Positions 46,713 to 57,352 of a DNA stretch of 64,000 nt are shown here, one piece after another. A model generated the notes under the pieces. That model worked only from the letters and a program-made list of their open reading frames with translations, was not told where the DNA came from and ran no database searches. The number at the start of each line of letters is the position of its first letter. Position 1 is the first letter of the stretch. A program made the translations under genes and the position numbers. Location of the stretch: contig CAWJIE010000004.1 in NCBI GenBank assembly GCA_963842885.1, positions 160,001-224,000 on the forward strand, given 5' to 3'. The DNA comes from an uncultured Nitrososphaerota archaeon. GTDB taxonomy: Archaea; Thermoproteota; Nitrososphaeria; Conexivisphaerales; DTJL01.

Positions 46713-48726
46713 TTGACCGTACCCTTCCGCGACAACTTCGTGTTCATCCCGGGATGGCAGGTGGTCTTCCTCTATGCGAGCCTGGCCGTCGCCACGGCCA
46801 TAGCCGTCTACCTCTTCTATCGCAGGTTCAAGGTATATGGAATAGGGCAGACGTGGCAGAGGGTTGCGGTCCGCAGCTCGGGGCAACCTGGGCACGTTCG
46901 CCAAGGGAGGGCTCCTGCAGAGGAAGGTCGCCCAGAGGGCACAGGGAGGAGTCCTCCACATCCTGATCTTCTACGGGACCGTGGCCCTCTTCATCGGCAC
47001 CACGCTGGTCTTCTTCGACGCGGACCTGCTCAAGCCCTTCGGAATCAAACTGCTCCAAGGGGACTTCTACCTCTACTACAAGGTCATCCTCGATGTGTTC
47101 GGCGTCCTATTCGTCATTGGCATCCTTTACGCGCTGTTCAGGAGGCTGGCCCTGAGGCCCAGCTACCTGCACAGTACGAGGGGGGACTATATCATACTGC
47201 TGGGTCTCCTTTACATGGGTCTGACGGGCTTCCTTCTCGAGGCCATCCGTCTGGCCCTCACCAACGTTCCCTGGGCCGGCTGGTCGATAGTGGGCTATCC
47301 CCTATCATTGGCATTGGCGCCATACGCGAGCAACCAGCAGCTCTTCGAAAATGTGTACCGGGCCCTCTGGCTGGGGCATTCTCTTGTGGCCCTCGCCATG
47401 GTCGCCTCCATACCCTACTCCACCCTCTACCACATCCCGGCGTCTGCCGTCAACATGCTGGTGGCGCCCAGGAAGCCACTGGGGAAGATGAATACGCCAT
47501 TCAACCTCCAGAAGATGATGGAGACGGGCAACTTCGACGTCAAAGTGGGCATCGACAAGGCCGAGGACATACCGTGGCACAGGAGGGTCATGCTGGACAG
47601 CTGCACCAACTGTGGGCGGTGCGAAGTGGTCTGCCCCGCCAACGCCGCAGAGCGGCCTCTGAGCCCGCGGAAGCTCATTCAGGATGTCGACAGGTTCATG
47701 CTCGCGCAGGTGGCGGGGAAGACCGCCCAGGGCGCGTTCGAAACCGACACCGTCAACGATGACGAGCTGTGGGCATGCACGAGCTGCAATGCATGCGTGT
47801 ACGAATGCCCGGTCTACATCAACCAGCTGGACTTCCTGATGGACTTCAGGAGGACCATCGTCGCGGCCAACAGGCTGGACGACTACAAGAACAGGCTGCT
47901 TCTCAACGAGGCAACGTACAGCAACCCCTACGGCCTCCCGTCATCAGATAGGGACTCGGCTCTCGAAGAGATCGGGGGGAGGGCTTACAGGGAGGGCGAG
48001 CAGTTCGACTATGTCTACTGGCTCGGCTGTGTTGCGAGCTTCGACGCCCGGGCTCGGAACATCGCAAAGAGCATGGTCAAGGTCTTGGAGGCGGCCGGCG
48101 TCAGCTACGTGATGCTCGGGTCCAAGGAGAGGTGCACGGGCGACCCGATCCGGCGCCTGGGGGAAGAGGGGAGGTTCCAGGAGCTGGCACTCCAGAACAT
48201 CGAGATGCTGAAGGGGATAGGGGCCAAGAAGATCCTCACCCACTGTCCCCACTGCTTCAACACCCTGAAGAACGAATATCCCGACATCGGTGGAGAGTTC
48301 GAAGTCATCCATCACTCCGACTTCGTCTCGAAGCTCTTGATAGAGGGAAGGCTCAAGCCGTCCAAGCCCCTGAACCTCAAGGCGACCCTCCACGACGCTT
48401 GTTTCATAGCGAGGGGGAACGCCATGGTGGAGGAGCCGCGCAAGGTGATGGGGGCGTTGCCAGGGCTCAAGTTGGTCGAGATGAAGGACAGCAGGGAAAG
48501 GACGTTCTGCTGCGGAGCAGGGGGAGCCAACTATTGGTACAAGATGAACGAGAAGAAACCTATCTCGAAGCTTAGGCTGGGCCAGGCGCTGGCCACCGGT
48601 GCGGAGGTCCTCGCGGTGGAATGTCCCTTCTGCACCGCCATGTTGGAAGATGCCGTCAAGGCGGAGGGCGCAGAGGGCAAGGTGGCCGTCAAGGACCTTG
48701 CAGAGCTCGTGGCGGACACGATATAG
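46713..48726 (+). CDS. Membrane-bound Fe-S oxidoreductase, FadF/HdrD-like (ETF:quinone oxidoreductase-type); frameshift near 46875
   Basis: TM domain with His residues, 'CTNCGRCEVVCP', 'CTSCNACVYECP', CCG domains 'CTGDP...CPHC' and 'CCGAGG...CPFC'. Confidence 0.88.
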
Positions 48727-48775
48727 CGCTGGCACGCCTAGCACGTTAATTAGAACCGCCGCGTAGTCCAGTGAT

Positions 48776-49180
48776 GTGAAGAAGCTGGACGTTAAGACGG
48801 AACGGTCGCTGATTTCGGAAGCTCGCAAGGCTGCCGAGAAGGCCTACTCTCCATTCTCCAAAGTCGAGGTCGGCGCAGCCATACTCACCTCCGACGGCAG
48901 GGTTTTCTCGGGCTGCAACGTGGAGAACTCTTCGTACGGGCTCAGCATCTGTGCGGAGAGGACCGCTGCCGTCAAGGCCGTGTCCTCAGGTGCGAGGAGT
49001 TTCGAAGCGGTGGCCATCGTCTCCAACCTGGAGGGGCTGACCTACCCCTGCGGCGCCTGTCGTCAGTTCTTAAGTGAATTCGGAGACGACATCATGGTGG
49101 TTGTCGCGACGAAGAAGGGGAGGGTCAAGCGTCATGGCCTCGGAGAACTTCTCCCGGAGACTTTCTTGTTAAAGAAATGA
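48776..49180 (+). CDS. cdd: Cytidine deaminase
   Basis: 'AYSPFS', 'GCNVENSSYG..ICAER', 'PCGACRQ'. Confidence 0.95.
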   Translation: MKKLDVKTERSLISEARKAAEKAYSPFSKVEVGAAILTSDGRVFSGCNVENSSYGLSICAERTAAVKAVSSGARSFEAVAIVSNLEGLTYPCGACRQFLSEFGDDIMVVVATKKGRVKRHGLGELLPETFLLKK

Positions 49181-49277
49181 TAGATAATACCCAAGACAAC
49201 TTGAAATCTCATAGCGTTTTGCTTGTCCGAGAATCACTTATATAGCTTGGCAAGGCTGTATCCGTCGGGAATCGTAA

Positions 49278-50522
49278 ATGTCCCTGCTTTCTCACAGCAA
49301 GAAACGTGCGATCGCACGAGGCACTCTGGTGGGTGCAGTCATCGTGATAATCGTGGTGGCTGCGATAGGCATTTACTACTACTCAACTCTGACGACTAAA
49401 TCGTCAACCAAGGTGACCATCGGAATCGTGTATGACACTGGTGGCAAAGGAGACAAGTCATTCAACGACATGGCGTATGCGGGAGTCCTCCAAGCTAATA
49501 GTAGCCTAGGCATAAACTATATCGAGGAATCGTCTACCGACGCGAGCGACTACGTGCCGAACATTGACGCACTGGTCAGCAAGAACGTCAGCCTAATCGT
49601 GTGCGTCGGCTTCCTGATGGACGATGCCGTCGCTTCGGAAGCTGCGAAGTATCCGAACATGAAGTTCGCCCAGATAGACGGCGACGACTACAACATATCA
49701 AACGTCGTCGCGATAAAGTATCAAGAGAACCTCGGAAGTGCGCTGGTGGGCGCTCTCGCCGTGGCGATGACCAAGTCGGACGTCATTGGGTTCATCGGCG
49801 GCATGAGCACCGGCATCATCTACAAGTTCTGGCATGGCTACCAGTACGGCGTCTCGTGGGCGGAGAACTACACGGGGAAGACCGTCACTCTGCTCCCCGC
49901 CCAGTACACGGGGACGACACCGTCAGCCTGGGACGACCCAACCACCGACAGCCAGATAGCCCAGTCCATGATGGCGAAGGGCGCTGACATAATCTACGCG
50001 GCCGCGGGCGCTAGCGGCGTCGGCATGTTCAATGCGGTAGGTGCTGCGGACAAGGCCACAGGGTGGAACTGGTCGTTGACGACACCTCCCAAGTACTTTG
50101 CTATCGGCGTCGACTCTGATCAGGACTACTATGGGACCTACCAGTACTTCGTTCAAGGACTGAGCAGTGGCTTCACGGCGCCTTCATTCGTCCTCACGTC
50201 CGAGATGAAGAGGGTGGACACTGGCGTATACACGGTCATCGAGAGCGTGGTTGCCGGGAACTACAGTAGCTTCTGGAACAACCCAATGACGTGGGCTCCT
50301 ACATTCTACAACGGTACGACGCAAATCTGTGGATCCACCGGAGACCAGCCATGCAATGTCAGAGGGGTCTTCCTCCTTGGGCTCGCCCAGGGCGGCGTTG
50401 GACCAAGTCCGATGACCTACACGTTGCAGTATCTTACACCCGAAGCCACAACCGTCATGGCACAGCTGAAGGCAGCAATCCTCAACGGCACCGCAAATGT
50501 TCCTGAGAACTACAATCCATAG
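49278..50522 (+). CDS. BMP/PnrA-family nucleoside-binding protein of an ABC transporter
   Basis: 'GGKGDKSFND', 'GFIGG', 'GADIIYAAAG', 'IGVDSDQ', 'MKRVD'. Confidence 0.92.
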   Translation: MSLLSHSKKRAIARGTLVGAVIVIIVVAAIGIYYYSTLTTKSSTKVTIGIVYDTGGKGDKSFNDMAYAGVLQANSSLGINYIEESSTDASDYVPNIDALVSKNVSLIVCVGFLMDDAVASEAAKYPNMKFAQIDGDDYNISNVVAIKYQENLGSALVGALAVAMTKSDVIGFIGGMSTGIIYKFWHGYQYGVSWAENYTGKTVTLLPAQYTGTTPSAWDDPTTDSQIAQSMMAKGADIIYAAAGASGVGMFNAVGAADKATGWNWSLTTPPKYFAIGVDSDQDYYGTYQYFVQGLSSGFTAPSFVLTSEMKRVDTGVYTVIESVVAGNYSSFWNNPMTWAPTFYNGTTQICGSTGDQPCNVRGVFLLGLAQGGVGPSPMTYTLQYLTPEATTVMAQLKAAILNGTANVPENYNP

Positions 50523-50559
50523 AGGGGGGTGGGCTCACGCTCACCTTCTTCGTTTTTTT
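50523..50559 (+). terminator. Hairpin plus T7 tract between the binding-protein and ATPase genes (possible intra-operon terminator/stabiliser)
   Basis: AGGGGGGTGGGC-TCAC-GCTCACCTTCTT followed by TTTTTTT. Confidence 0.5.
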
Positions 50560-50564
50560 GGTGA

Positions 50565-52088
50565 TTGCCTACTTTGAGTGATTTAGCCATAAGGATGACC
50601 GGTATGAGGAAGTCCTTCCCTGGCGTCCTAGCGGTTGATGACGTCGACTTTGAGGTCAGGAAGGGAGAGATCAGGGGACTATTGGGGGAGAACGGGGCCG
50701 GCAAGTCAACCCTGATGCGTTTGCTCTACGGGCTGTACCGCTTGGATGTCGGACGAATAGAAGTAGACGGGAAGGAGGCACACATCGGAAGCTCCCATGA
50801 CGCGATTCGACTAGGCATCGGGATGGTCCACCAGGAGTTCATGCTCGTCCCGAACTTGTCGGTCAAGGAGAACATAGTTCTGGGGTTCGAACCCGGCAGT
50901 TCTGGCGTCTTCAGTCCCGGAGAGTCCAGACAGAGGGTACTGGACCTCAGCAAGTCTTCTGGCCTGCCCGTCGACCCCGATGTAGCTGTCGAGAGGTTGC
51001 CCACAGGGCTCAAACAGAGGGTTGAGATTCTCAAAGCTCTGTACCGTGGGGCAAGGACTCTGATTCTGGACGAGCCCACGGCGGTGCTGACGCCAGTTGA
51101 AGTCGTGGAGTTATTCAAGTCCATTAGGAAGATGAGAGATTCAGGGACGACCATAATCTTCATAACGCATAAGCTTCAAGAGATCAAGGAGATTACCGAC
51201 AGTATAACCGTTATGAGAAGAGGACGTGTAGTGGGCAGCGGCCCGACGAAGGAGGTGAGCATAGGCCAGCTCGCTAACATGATGGTCGGGCGGGAGGTCA
51301 TCAGGTCGTTCTCCTTTGACCCATATAATCCTGGCGAGGTGTTGCTGGAGGTCAAGGAATTGAGGGTAGCAGGCCAGAGGAAGGCCGTGGCCGTCGACGA
51401 CGTTTCTTTCTCCGTCAGAAGGGGCGAAATTGTGGGCCTAGCAGGCGTGGACGGCAACGGTCAGAGTGAGCTAGTCGAGAGCCTCATTGGTTTCAGGAAG
51501 CCGTTAAGCGGGAGCATCTCTATCAAGGGGGTCGTAACCACTAGCCTCGACACGAGCAAGATATTTGAAAAGTCCGTCGGGCATATCCCCGAGGACAGGG
51601 TAGCCCAGGGTCTGGTGTTGGACTTCTCCATCTCTGACAACTCGGTCCTGGGTATAGTGCAGAAGGACGAATTCTCGTCTAGGAGTGGATTGATTCACGT
51701 TGACAAAGTGAAGCGCTTCGCTGAAAACGTTGTCCATGCATTCGGGATAGTCACTACCAGCGTAAGCATGCCGGCGAAGTATCTTTCTGGCGGCAATCAG
51801 CAGAAGCTCATAGCTGGAAGGGAGCTTTCAAGCGACCCAGATCTGCTCATCGCTGCCCAACCGACCCGTGGACTGGACATATCGGCTACGGAATACATCC
51901 AGTCCCTCTTGGTGAAATCGCGGAACGGCGGGAAAGGGATACTTCTCGTCTCCGCAGACTTTGATGAGGTCTTGAACCTTAGCGATAGGATATTGATCAT
52001 ATTTGAAGGGAAGATCATCGGGGAACTCTCGAGAGAGCAGGCAAGTGTGGAAGCGCTTGGGAAGCTGTTGGGAGGAGTGAGCGCTTGA
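50565..52088 (+). CDS. CUT2-type nucleoside ABC transporter ATPase (tandem domains)
   Basis: 'GENGAGKS', 'QRVEILKAL', 'LSGGNQQK', 'AQPTRGLD'. Confidence 0.93.
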   Translation: MPTLSDLAIRMTGMRKSFPGVLAVDDVDFEVRKGEIRGLLGENGAGKSTLMRLLYGLYRLDVGRIEVDGKEAHIGSSHDAIRLGIGMVHQEFMLVPNLSVKENIVLGFEPGSSGVFSPGESRQRVLDLSKSSGLPVDPDVAVERLPTGLKQRVEILKALYRGARTLILDEPTAVLTPVEVVELFKSIRKMRDSGTTIIFITHKLQEIKEITDSITVMRRGRVVGSGPTKEVSIGQLANMMVGREVIRSFSFDPYNPGEVLLEVKELRVAGQRKAVAVDDVSFSVRRGEIVGLAGVDGNGQSELVESLIGFRKPLSGSISIKGVVTTSLDTSKIFEKSVGHIPEDRVAQGLVLDFSISDNSVLGIVQKDEFSSRSGLIHVDKVKRFAENVVHAFGIVTTSVSMPAKYLSGGNQQKLIAGRELSSDPDLLIAAQPTRGLDISATEYIQSLLVKSRNGGKGILLVSADFDEVLNLSDRILIIFEGKIIGELSREQASVEALGKLLGGVSA

Positions 52089-53212
52089 ACGCGCAAGCAA
52101 AGGGCTCGACGCTCTCGTCATACCTAGAGACATCAGTTCACAACGCCCTTCCCTCCCTGCTGTGCCTTCTGCTGGGATTGGTCGCCGGCTCCATCCTCAT
52201 CATCATATGCGGCTACAACCCTGTCCTCGTGTTCGGCGAAATGTTCTCAGGAGCCTTCGGGTCGGTTCAAGGCCTCTCATATACGATAACCTACATATCT
52301 CCTTTCATACTCGCCGCCTTGGCCTTCCTCATTCCAGGTAAGGCGGGCATCTGGAACGTTGGCGGACAGGGACAGGTCTACCTTGGCGGCATAACAGCTA
52401 CCCTCGTAGCTCTGTACATTCCGATGCCCCCTATCCTCTGGCCAATAGTTGCTCTCCTCGCCGGTGCCGGAGCAGGAGCTTTGGGGGCGGCACTTCCGGG
52501 CATCCTTGAATCGTACCGGAACGCGTCCGCGATAGTTACGACCATAATGCTCAACTATGTGTACGCGCCAATCGCGTCGTTCATCCTGTTCTTCGTAATA
52601 GCCGTGACATATCCGACGACCAGGGTCGACAGCCAGACCCCGAAGTTCAGCTCCGCCGTGAGGCTCCCACATATCCCTGGTTTGAGCTCGTCGATAATGG
52701 TGTTCTTCACCATCCTGATCGCGATAGGACTCTATTACTTTCTGCTTCGGACCACCCTTGGCTACAAGATCAGGGCAGTGGGGCTAAACCCGACGGCGGC
52801 TGAGATGAAGGGGATCGACTGGAGGAAGATCAAGGTTGTGGCCATGATGATTGGCGGTGCTGTGGCAGGGTTAGCTGGTGCCAGCGAAGTCCTGGGCACC
52901 TACGGAAACTACGTGGATCAGTTCGCTGAAGGGTATTTCGGTGGTATGGGATTCGCGGGCATAGCCGTTGCGCTCGTGGGGGCTAGCAGCCCCATAGGAG
53001 CCATATTCTCCTCTGTCTTGTTCGCCGTGATGGTTTCTGGTGGACCGTACATCCAAGCCTTGGGGATACCTAGGGAGCTGGTCTGGTCCCTACAGGGCAT
53101 CATAATCATCTTCGCCTCCATGCCCTACATCTACAAGATCATCACCAAGACGGACTGGAGCCGCGCCTGGCGGAGGACCATAGTCTCGCCCGGCAAGCTG
53201 GAGGGACAGTAG
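52085..53212 (+). CDS. Nucleoside ABC transporter permease
   Basis: 'WNVGGQGQ', 'TIMLNY', 'GYKIRAVGLNP', 'GFAGIAVAL'. Confidence 0.9.
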   Translation: MNAQAKGSTLSSYLETSVHNALPSLLCLLLGLVAGSILIIICGYNPVLVFGEMFSGAFGSVQGLSYTITYISPFILAALAFLIPGKAGIWNVGGQGQVYLGGITATLVALYIPMPPILWPIVALLAGAGAGALGAALPGILESYRNASAIVTTIMLNYVYAPIASFILFFVIAVTYPTTRVDSQTPKFSSAVRLPHIPGLSSSIMVFFTILIAIGLYYFLLRTTLGYKIRAVGLNPTAAEMKGIDWRKIKVVAMMIGGAVAGLAGASEVLGTYGNYVDQFAEGYFGGMGFAGIAVALVGASSPIGAIFSSVLFAVMVSGGPYIQALGIPRELVWSLQGIIIIFASMPYIYKIITKTDWSRAWRRTIVSPGKLEGQ

Positions 53213-53213
53213 A

Positions 53214-54131
53214 TTGGCCATAAGTGAAGTGGTGATCCTTCTGGTGCTGGGCCTTCAGCAGAGCGTAACCATCGCTCTGGCCGCCCAAGGTGAGCTACTA
53301 TCAGAGAAGTCTGGCGTGATGAACATCGGCATAGAGGGAACCATGCTCATAAGCGCCTTCGCCGCAGCATATATGAACTGGCTGTTGAGGCCGACGTTCG
53401 GCCTTACAACCCCCTACGTCGCTTTGCTGTTCGGGATTGCGACCGGGATGCTAATCAACTTCCTTCTCGCCGTCCTGAGCACGAAACTCTATGTGGACCA
53501 AGTGATAGCCGGGATAGGTATCAACGTCCTGGCTGGCGGGATCACTGTGCTGGCTTTGATCCACATATTCGATGTCCACGACCAGACGCCTCCGGCCAAT
53601 ACACTACCTTACGTCTTCACAATACCCGGCCTTGGCAGCACCGGACAAATCAGCCTCCTTGAAATCTTAGCCTTCGTCCTTCCGGTCCTCACCTTCCTTC
53701 TCTTGAGCAGGACGAAATTCGGCCTCAGGATCAGGGCAGTCGGGGAGAACCCCAAGGCCGCCGAGACCGCAGGGCTCAACGTGGTCCGCACCAGGATACT
53801 AGCTACTACATTGGGAGGCGCGATGCTTGGCATGTCAGGTTCCTATCTGTCGATAGTCCTCAATCCATTCTTCGTCAAGTCCATGACGCACGGCCTGGGG
53901 TTCATTGCACTGGGAGCCGTAATCGCGGGCGCCTGGAGCTCTTTCCTCGTGTTCGGCTTCAGCCTCCTTTTCGGTGTGACCTTCGGTGTCTACATAGAGT
54001 ACGGTGGGATGCAGGGATACACCTATCTGCTCGCCGCGCTACCTTACCTAGTGACAGTCATCGCCATGGCCTTGACGACCAAGCGACTTCGACCGCCGAC
54101 GGCCCTAGGTGCGCCCTACAAGAAAGAGTAA
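53214..54131 (+). CDS. Nucleoside ABC transporter permease
   Basis: 'SEKSGVMNIGIEG', 'GLRIRAVGENP', 'LPYL', 'PTALGAPY'. Confidence 0.9.
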   Translation: MAISEVVILLVLGLQQSVTIALAAQGELLSEKSGVMNIGIEGTMLISAFAAAYMNWLLRPTFGLTTPYVALLFGIATGMLINFLLAVLSTKLYVDQVIAGIGINVLAGGITVLALIHIFDVHDQTPPANTLPYVFTIPGLGSTGQISLLEILAFVLPVLTFLLLSRTKFGLRIRAVGENPKAAETAGLNVVRTRILATTLGGAMLGMSGSYLSIVLNPFFVKSMTHGLGFIALGAVIAGAWSSFLVFGFSLLFGVTFGVYIEYGGMQGYTYLLAALPYLVTVIAMALTTKRLRPPTALGAPYKKE

Positions 54132-54440
54132 ATCGACTGAATCCGGAAGGGGCTTCGGCCTAGCGCGCGATCCAACTTGGAACCGTGTATGATTGAATCA
54201 TAGACGGATCTAGAGGACCTATCTCAAGAGCGACGAAATGTTGGTATGGAAGAATGAAGACGGATTCGAGACTTGCAGGAGCGTGGCCTCGTTTCGGATT
54301 CTCGGAGCACGGAGCGCTTCGCGTCTGCAAATTCCCAGTTCATGAGGAGTTCCGCGCAGTTGAACAGGGGTCCGAAAGCCAGGACCTGTTGTGCGTGAGC
54401 GAAGCTTTGTGACCGTGGGCAGGGGCTGGACTCGTGTGCA

Positions 54441-54527
54441 TGGCGCCGGGGGTGGGATTTGAACCCACGAGGGCTTTCGCCCACAGACTTAGCAGGCCTG
54501 CCCCCTACCAGGCTAGGGTACCCCGGC
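54441..54527 (-). tRNA. tRNA-Ser(GCU), intronless, long variable arm; CCA encoded
   Basis: GCCGGGG...CAGGC-CTGCTAA-GTCTG-TGGGCGAAAGCCCT-CGTGGGTTCAAATCCCACCCCCGGCGCCA. Confidence 0.95.
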
Positions 54528-55143
54528 TTCAAGGCAAAGCGTAAACCCTCGTGGTTAATCATCTTTATGTTATTGAAGGCAACTTGTTAATTGAACGAAA
54601 ACAGGGCCGAGCCTCCGGCCAAGCCGTGCTCGCTGCCAAGTTAGCGTGACCGTACCTCCCGACTCCAGCCAAAAGCATCTCCCATGACCCAGACCGTTTG
54701 GAGGGGTTGAATTCAGCGGTGGGTTCCGAGCCCCAAGATGTGAATTTGATAGGCCAGAGGGAACCCGAGGCCAAAGGCGGCACACCTACAACTGCAAGAT
54801 AGAGCCACCGAGGCCATGCCAAAGTCTTGTTGAATGGCAGTCGGTGGCCGCGACCACTGTCGGGTGGATTCTTCTCTCTGTCTTTAGCTTGAATGTGCTT
54901 GGCGGAAGCAGAGCAGGGCGGCCATGCCGGCCTAGTTTTATTTTGCGATCTTATTTTGCCTATCTTGCTTTCTTGCGCGGCCTATTCTTCTATTCTGCGA
55001 CTGGTTCTGTGACTCTTCGACACCATTCTAGACCTTTTTGAGACAGCCGTGGACCTCAAACATAGGCTTGGACCTTCGCTTACTCAAGTCCAACTGACGT
55101 AAGCCTTAATCGTAAGTCGACTTGGAAGAAGGTCAGAGATATC

Positions 55144-56931
55144 TTGAGTGTGAAGGAGATTTCATGGGACCTCACCGGCATCTTCCCAAGTGCGACCGAC
55201 CCCTCCGTCGAGGCGGCCATCGAAAAGGCGTTGAAGGCGGCTGGCCGATTCACTGACGAATACAAGGGAAGAATCGGCAGCATCCCGCCGGCGGACATTG
55301 CGGCATGCATAGGCGAGTACGAGGACCTTGAGACAGAGCTTTACGACCTGGACTTGTTTGCCACGTTGTCATTCCAGGCGAACATGACCCTCCCCGAGGC
55401 GCAGGCGATTCACGACCGGGTGAGCAAGCTCGTAGCCGAAATCAACAAGGAGCTTGCCTTCTTCGAATTGGAGCTAGTCTCGAGAATCTCCAAGGACCCA
55501 GGGATTGTGCATGATTCGGCCTTGGTGACGTACATGCACGCTCTCGAGAGGCTCGAGAGGAAGAGGCCCCACCTGCTTTCTGAGGCCGAGGAGAAGCTGG
55601 TCATAGGAAAGGACCAGTTCGGCGTGAAGGCTTGGGAAGAACTGCAGAACAAGTGGCTCAATACGCGCCAGTTTGAAGTGGTGGTGGAGGGGACCAGAAA
55701 GACACTCACGTACGGAGAGGCGAACGGCCTCCTTCATCACCATGACAGGGCCACACGAGAGTCGGCCAACAGGTCGATATACGGTACCCTGGGTCAGTCG
55801 GGAGAAATCTTCAGCTTCGCGTTGAGGAGCATATGCAGCGACTGGGTCAACACCTGCGGAGTCAGGAAGTACGACTCGCCGATGCATCCCAGCCTCATCG
55901 CGAATGACACCGAGCAGGGGATCATCGACGGTCTTCTGAAGGCAGTGGAGGGACACGTCGAGCTTTACCACAGATACCTCAGGCTGAAGGCCAAGCTGAT
56001 GGGGCTGCCCAAGCTGGGATGCCATGACATCGTCGCTCCCCTCCCCCAAGTCCCAGACATGAAGTATGACTACGAGACTGCGAGGGACATTGTCGCAAGG
56101 GCCTACAGCAAGTTCGACGAAGGCTATGCTTTCGCCGTGAAGGACATGTTCGCCCAGAGGCATATCGACGCATCGCCGAGATATGGCAAGATGAACGGCG
56201 CTTTCTGTGCGCCGTGGTTCACCGGGAAGTCCGCTTTCGTGATATCAAGCTTCAATGGCCACCTCGACGACGTCTACACCCTTGCCCACGAACTCGGCCA
56301 TGCCACCCATGACTACTACTACGAAGGGAGCCAGACCTACATGAACATGGATATCCCATCGGTGGTGGCTGAAACGGCCTCGATCTTCGGGGAGCTCCTA
56401 CTGACGGACCTCTTGCTCGGCGAAGCGGGGTCGGACGCGGAGAAGCTGGCCGTCCTCTGCCATGTGCTTGACGGCGCCGGGAGCGTGATATACCAAGTCA
56501 CGGCGAGGGCGTGGTTTGAGCAGAGCCTCTACGAGGCGATAAGGAAGGGAGAGTATCTGGACTACAGTAGCATCTGCGAGCGCTGGACAGCCGCCAGGGA
56601 CAAGGTCTACGGCAGCGAGGTCGAATGGTTCGATGAGCTTGCGGCAGAGTGGACCATGAAGCCCCACTACTACTTCGCCAACTACAGGTTCTACAACTAC
56701 CCCTACGTGTACGCCCAGCTCTTCGTCTATGCCGTCTACGAGAAGTACCTCCAGGAAGGCAAGGCCTTCGTGCCCAAGTTCAAGAAGGCCCTGTCAGCGG
56801 GCAGCAGCGTCTCCCCGGTCGAGATCGGGAGAATCGTAGGGTTGGACGTCACCAATCCCGCCTTCTGGGAGCTGGGCCTAAAGCGGTTCGAGCACTTCTT
56901 GAACGAGCTCGAAAGGATATCCAAGGGCTGA
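55144..56931 (+). CDS. pepF: M3B oligoendopeptidase F
   Basis: 'WDL..IF', 'TLAHELGHATH', 'AETASIFGE', 'PHYY...FYNYPY'. Confidence 0.92.
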   Translation: MSVKEISWDLTGIFPSATDPSVEAAIEKALKAAGRFTDEYKGRIGSIPPADIAACIGEYEDLETELYDLDLFATLSFQANMTLPEAQAIHDRVSKLVAEINKELAFFELELVSRISKDPGIVHDSALVTYMHALERLERKRPHLLSEAEEKLVIGKDQFGVKAWEELQNKWLNTRQFEVVVEGTRKTLTYGEANGLLHHHDRATRESANRSIYGTLGQSGEIFSFALRSICSDWVNTCGVRKYDSPMHPSLIANDTEQGIIDGLLKAVEGHVELYHRYLRLKAKLMGLPKLGCHDIVAPLPQVPDMKYDYETARDIVARAYSKFDEGYAFAVKDMFAQRHIDASPRYGKMNGAFCAPWFTGKSAFVISSFNGHLDDVYTLAHELGHATHDYYYEGSQTYMNMDIPSVVAETASIFGELLLTDLLLGEAGSDAEKLAVLCHVLDGAGSVIYQVTARAWFEQSLYEAIRKGEYLDYSSICERWTAARDKVYGSEVEWFDELAAEWTMKPHYYFANYRFYNYPYVYAQLFVYAVYEKYLQEGKAFVPKFKKALSAGSSVSPVEIGRIVGLDVTNPAFWELGLKRFEHFLNELERISKG

Positions 56932-57011
56932 ACGGCACGGCTGTCCACCTCTCCCTGCGCAGAGGAAGGCGGGGGAATCGGCCATCGGTGACCCTGCATT
57001 GTGAGAAGGGC

Positions 57012-57326
57012 GGCAGCTCCCGTAGTTTTCCCGAGCCAACCACTGCTCCGGCGAAGCCCGCGAATCCCCCACGTAGGCCCAGCAGCGTCACTACCCCGAC
57101 TTAGAGCTGCTCCCTCCCGGGCCTGACTCATTTCGCCGGTTCACGGGTGGAACCCTTCCTTCGAAGGGCCCTTCCCCCTTCGTAACGACCCGCTGAGGCG
57201 CGGGTTCAGCTTCCGGTGCCTGCCGGAAACAGGGGCCGAACAGGGTTAACCTACGGGTTACTGGCTCCTGCGTATAGCCGGTTTCAGGTACGGGGGACGG
57301 CTGGCCCCCCAACCCTACCCACCGCC
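57012..57326 (-). ncRNA. Archaeal SRP (7S) RNA, about 315 nt
   Basis: Helix-8 SRP54 motif GTCAGGCCC-GGGA-GGGAGCAGC; 5' GGCGGT pairs with 3' GCTGCC; Alu-like 5' domain; TATA-like TTTAATTA about 25 nt upstream. Confidence 0.88.
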
Positions 57327-57352
57327 CAGACCTAGGCAGGGCATGAGGGTAA

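Noticed and set aside
48776-49180. cdd as the tRNA C-to-U editing enzyme
   Set aside because: It is a plain ~134-aa free-nucleoside deaminase with no THUMP domain, located directly upstream of the nucleoside transport genes
44046-54460. Genomic island bounded by the tRNA-Ser 3' end and a similar GCCGGGGGGTGG at 44046
   Set aside because: The match is short, imperfect and G-rich; there is no integrase, and the supposed boundary would split a coherent ETF/beta-oxidation cluster
54130-55140. Short ORFs flanking tRNA-Ser
   Set aside because: No recognisable motif or consistent coding pattern; may be decayed DNA but no call can be supported
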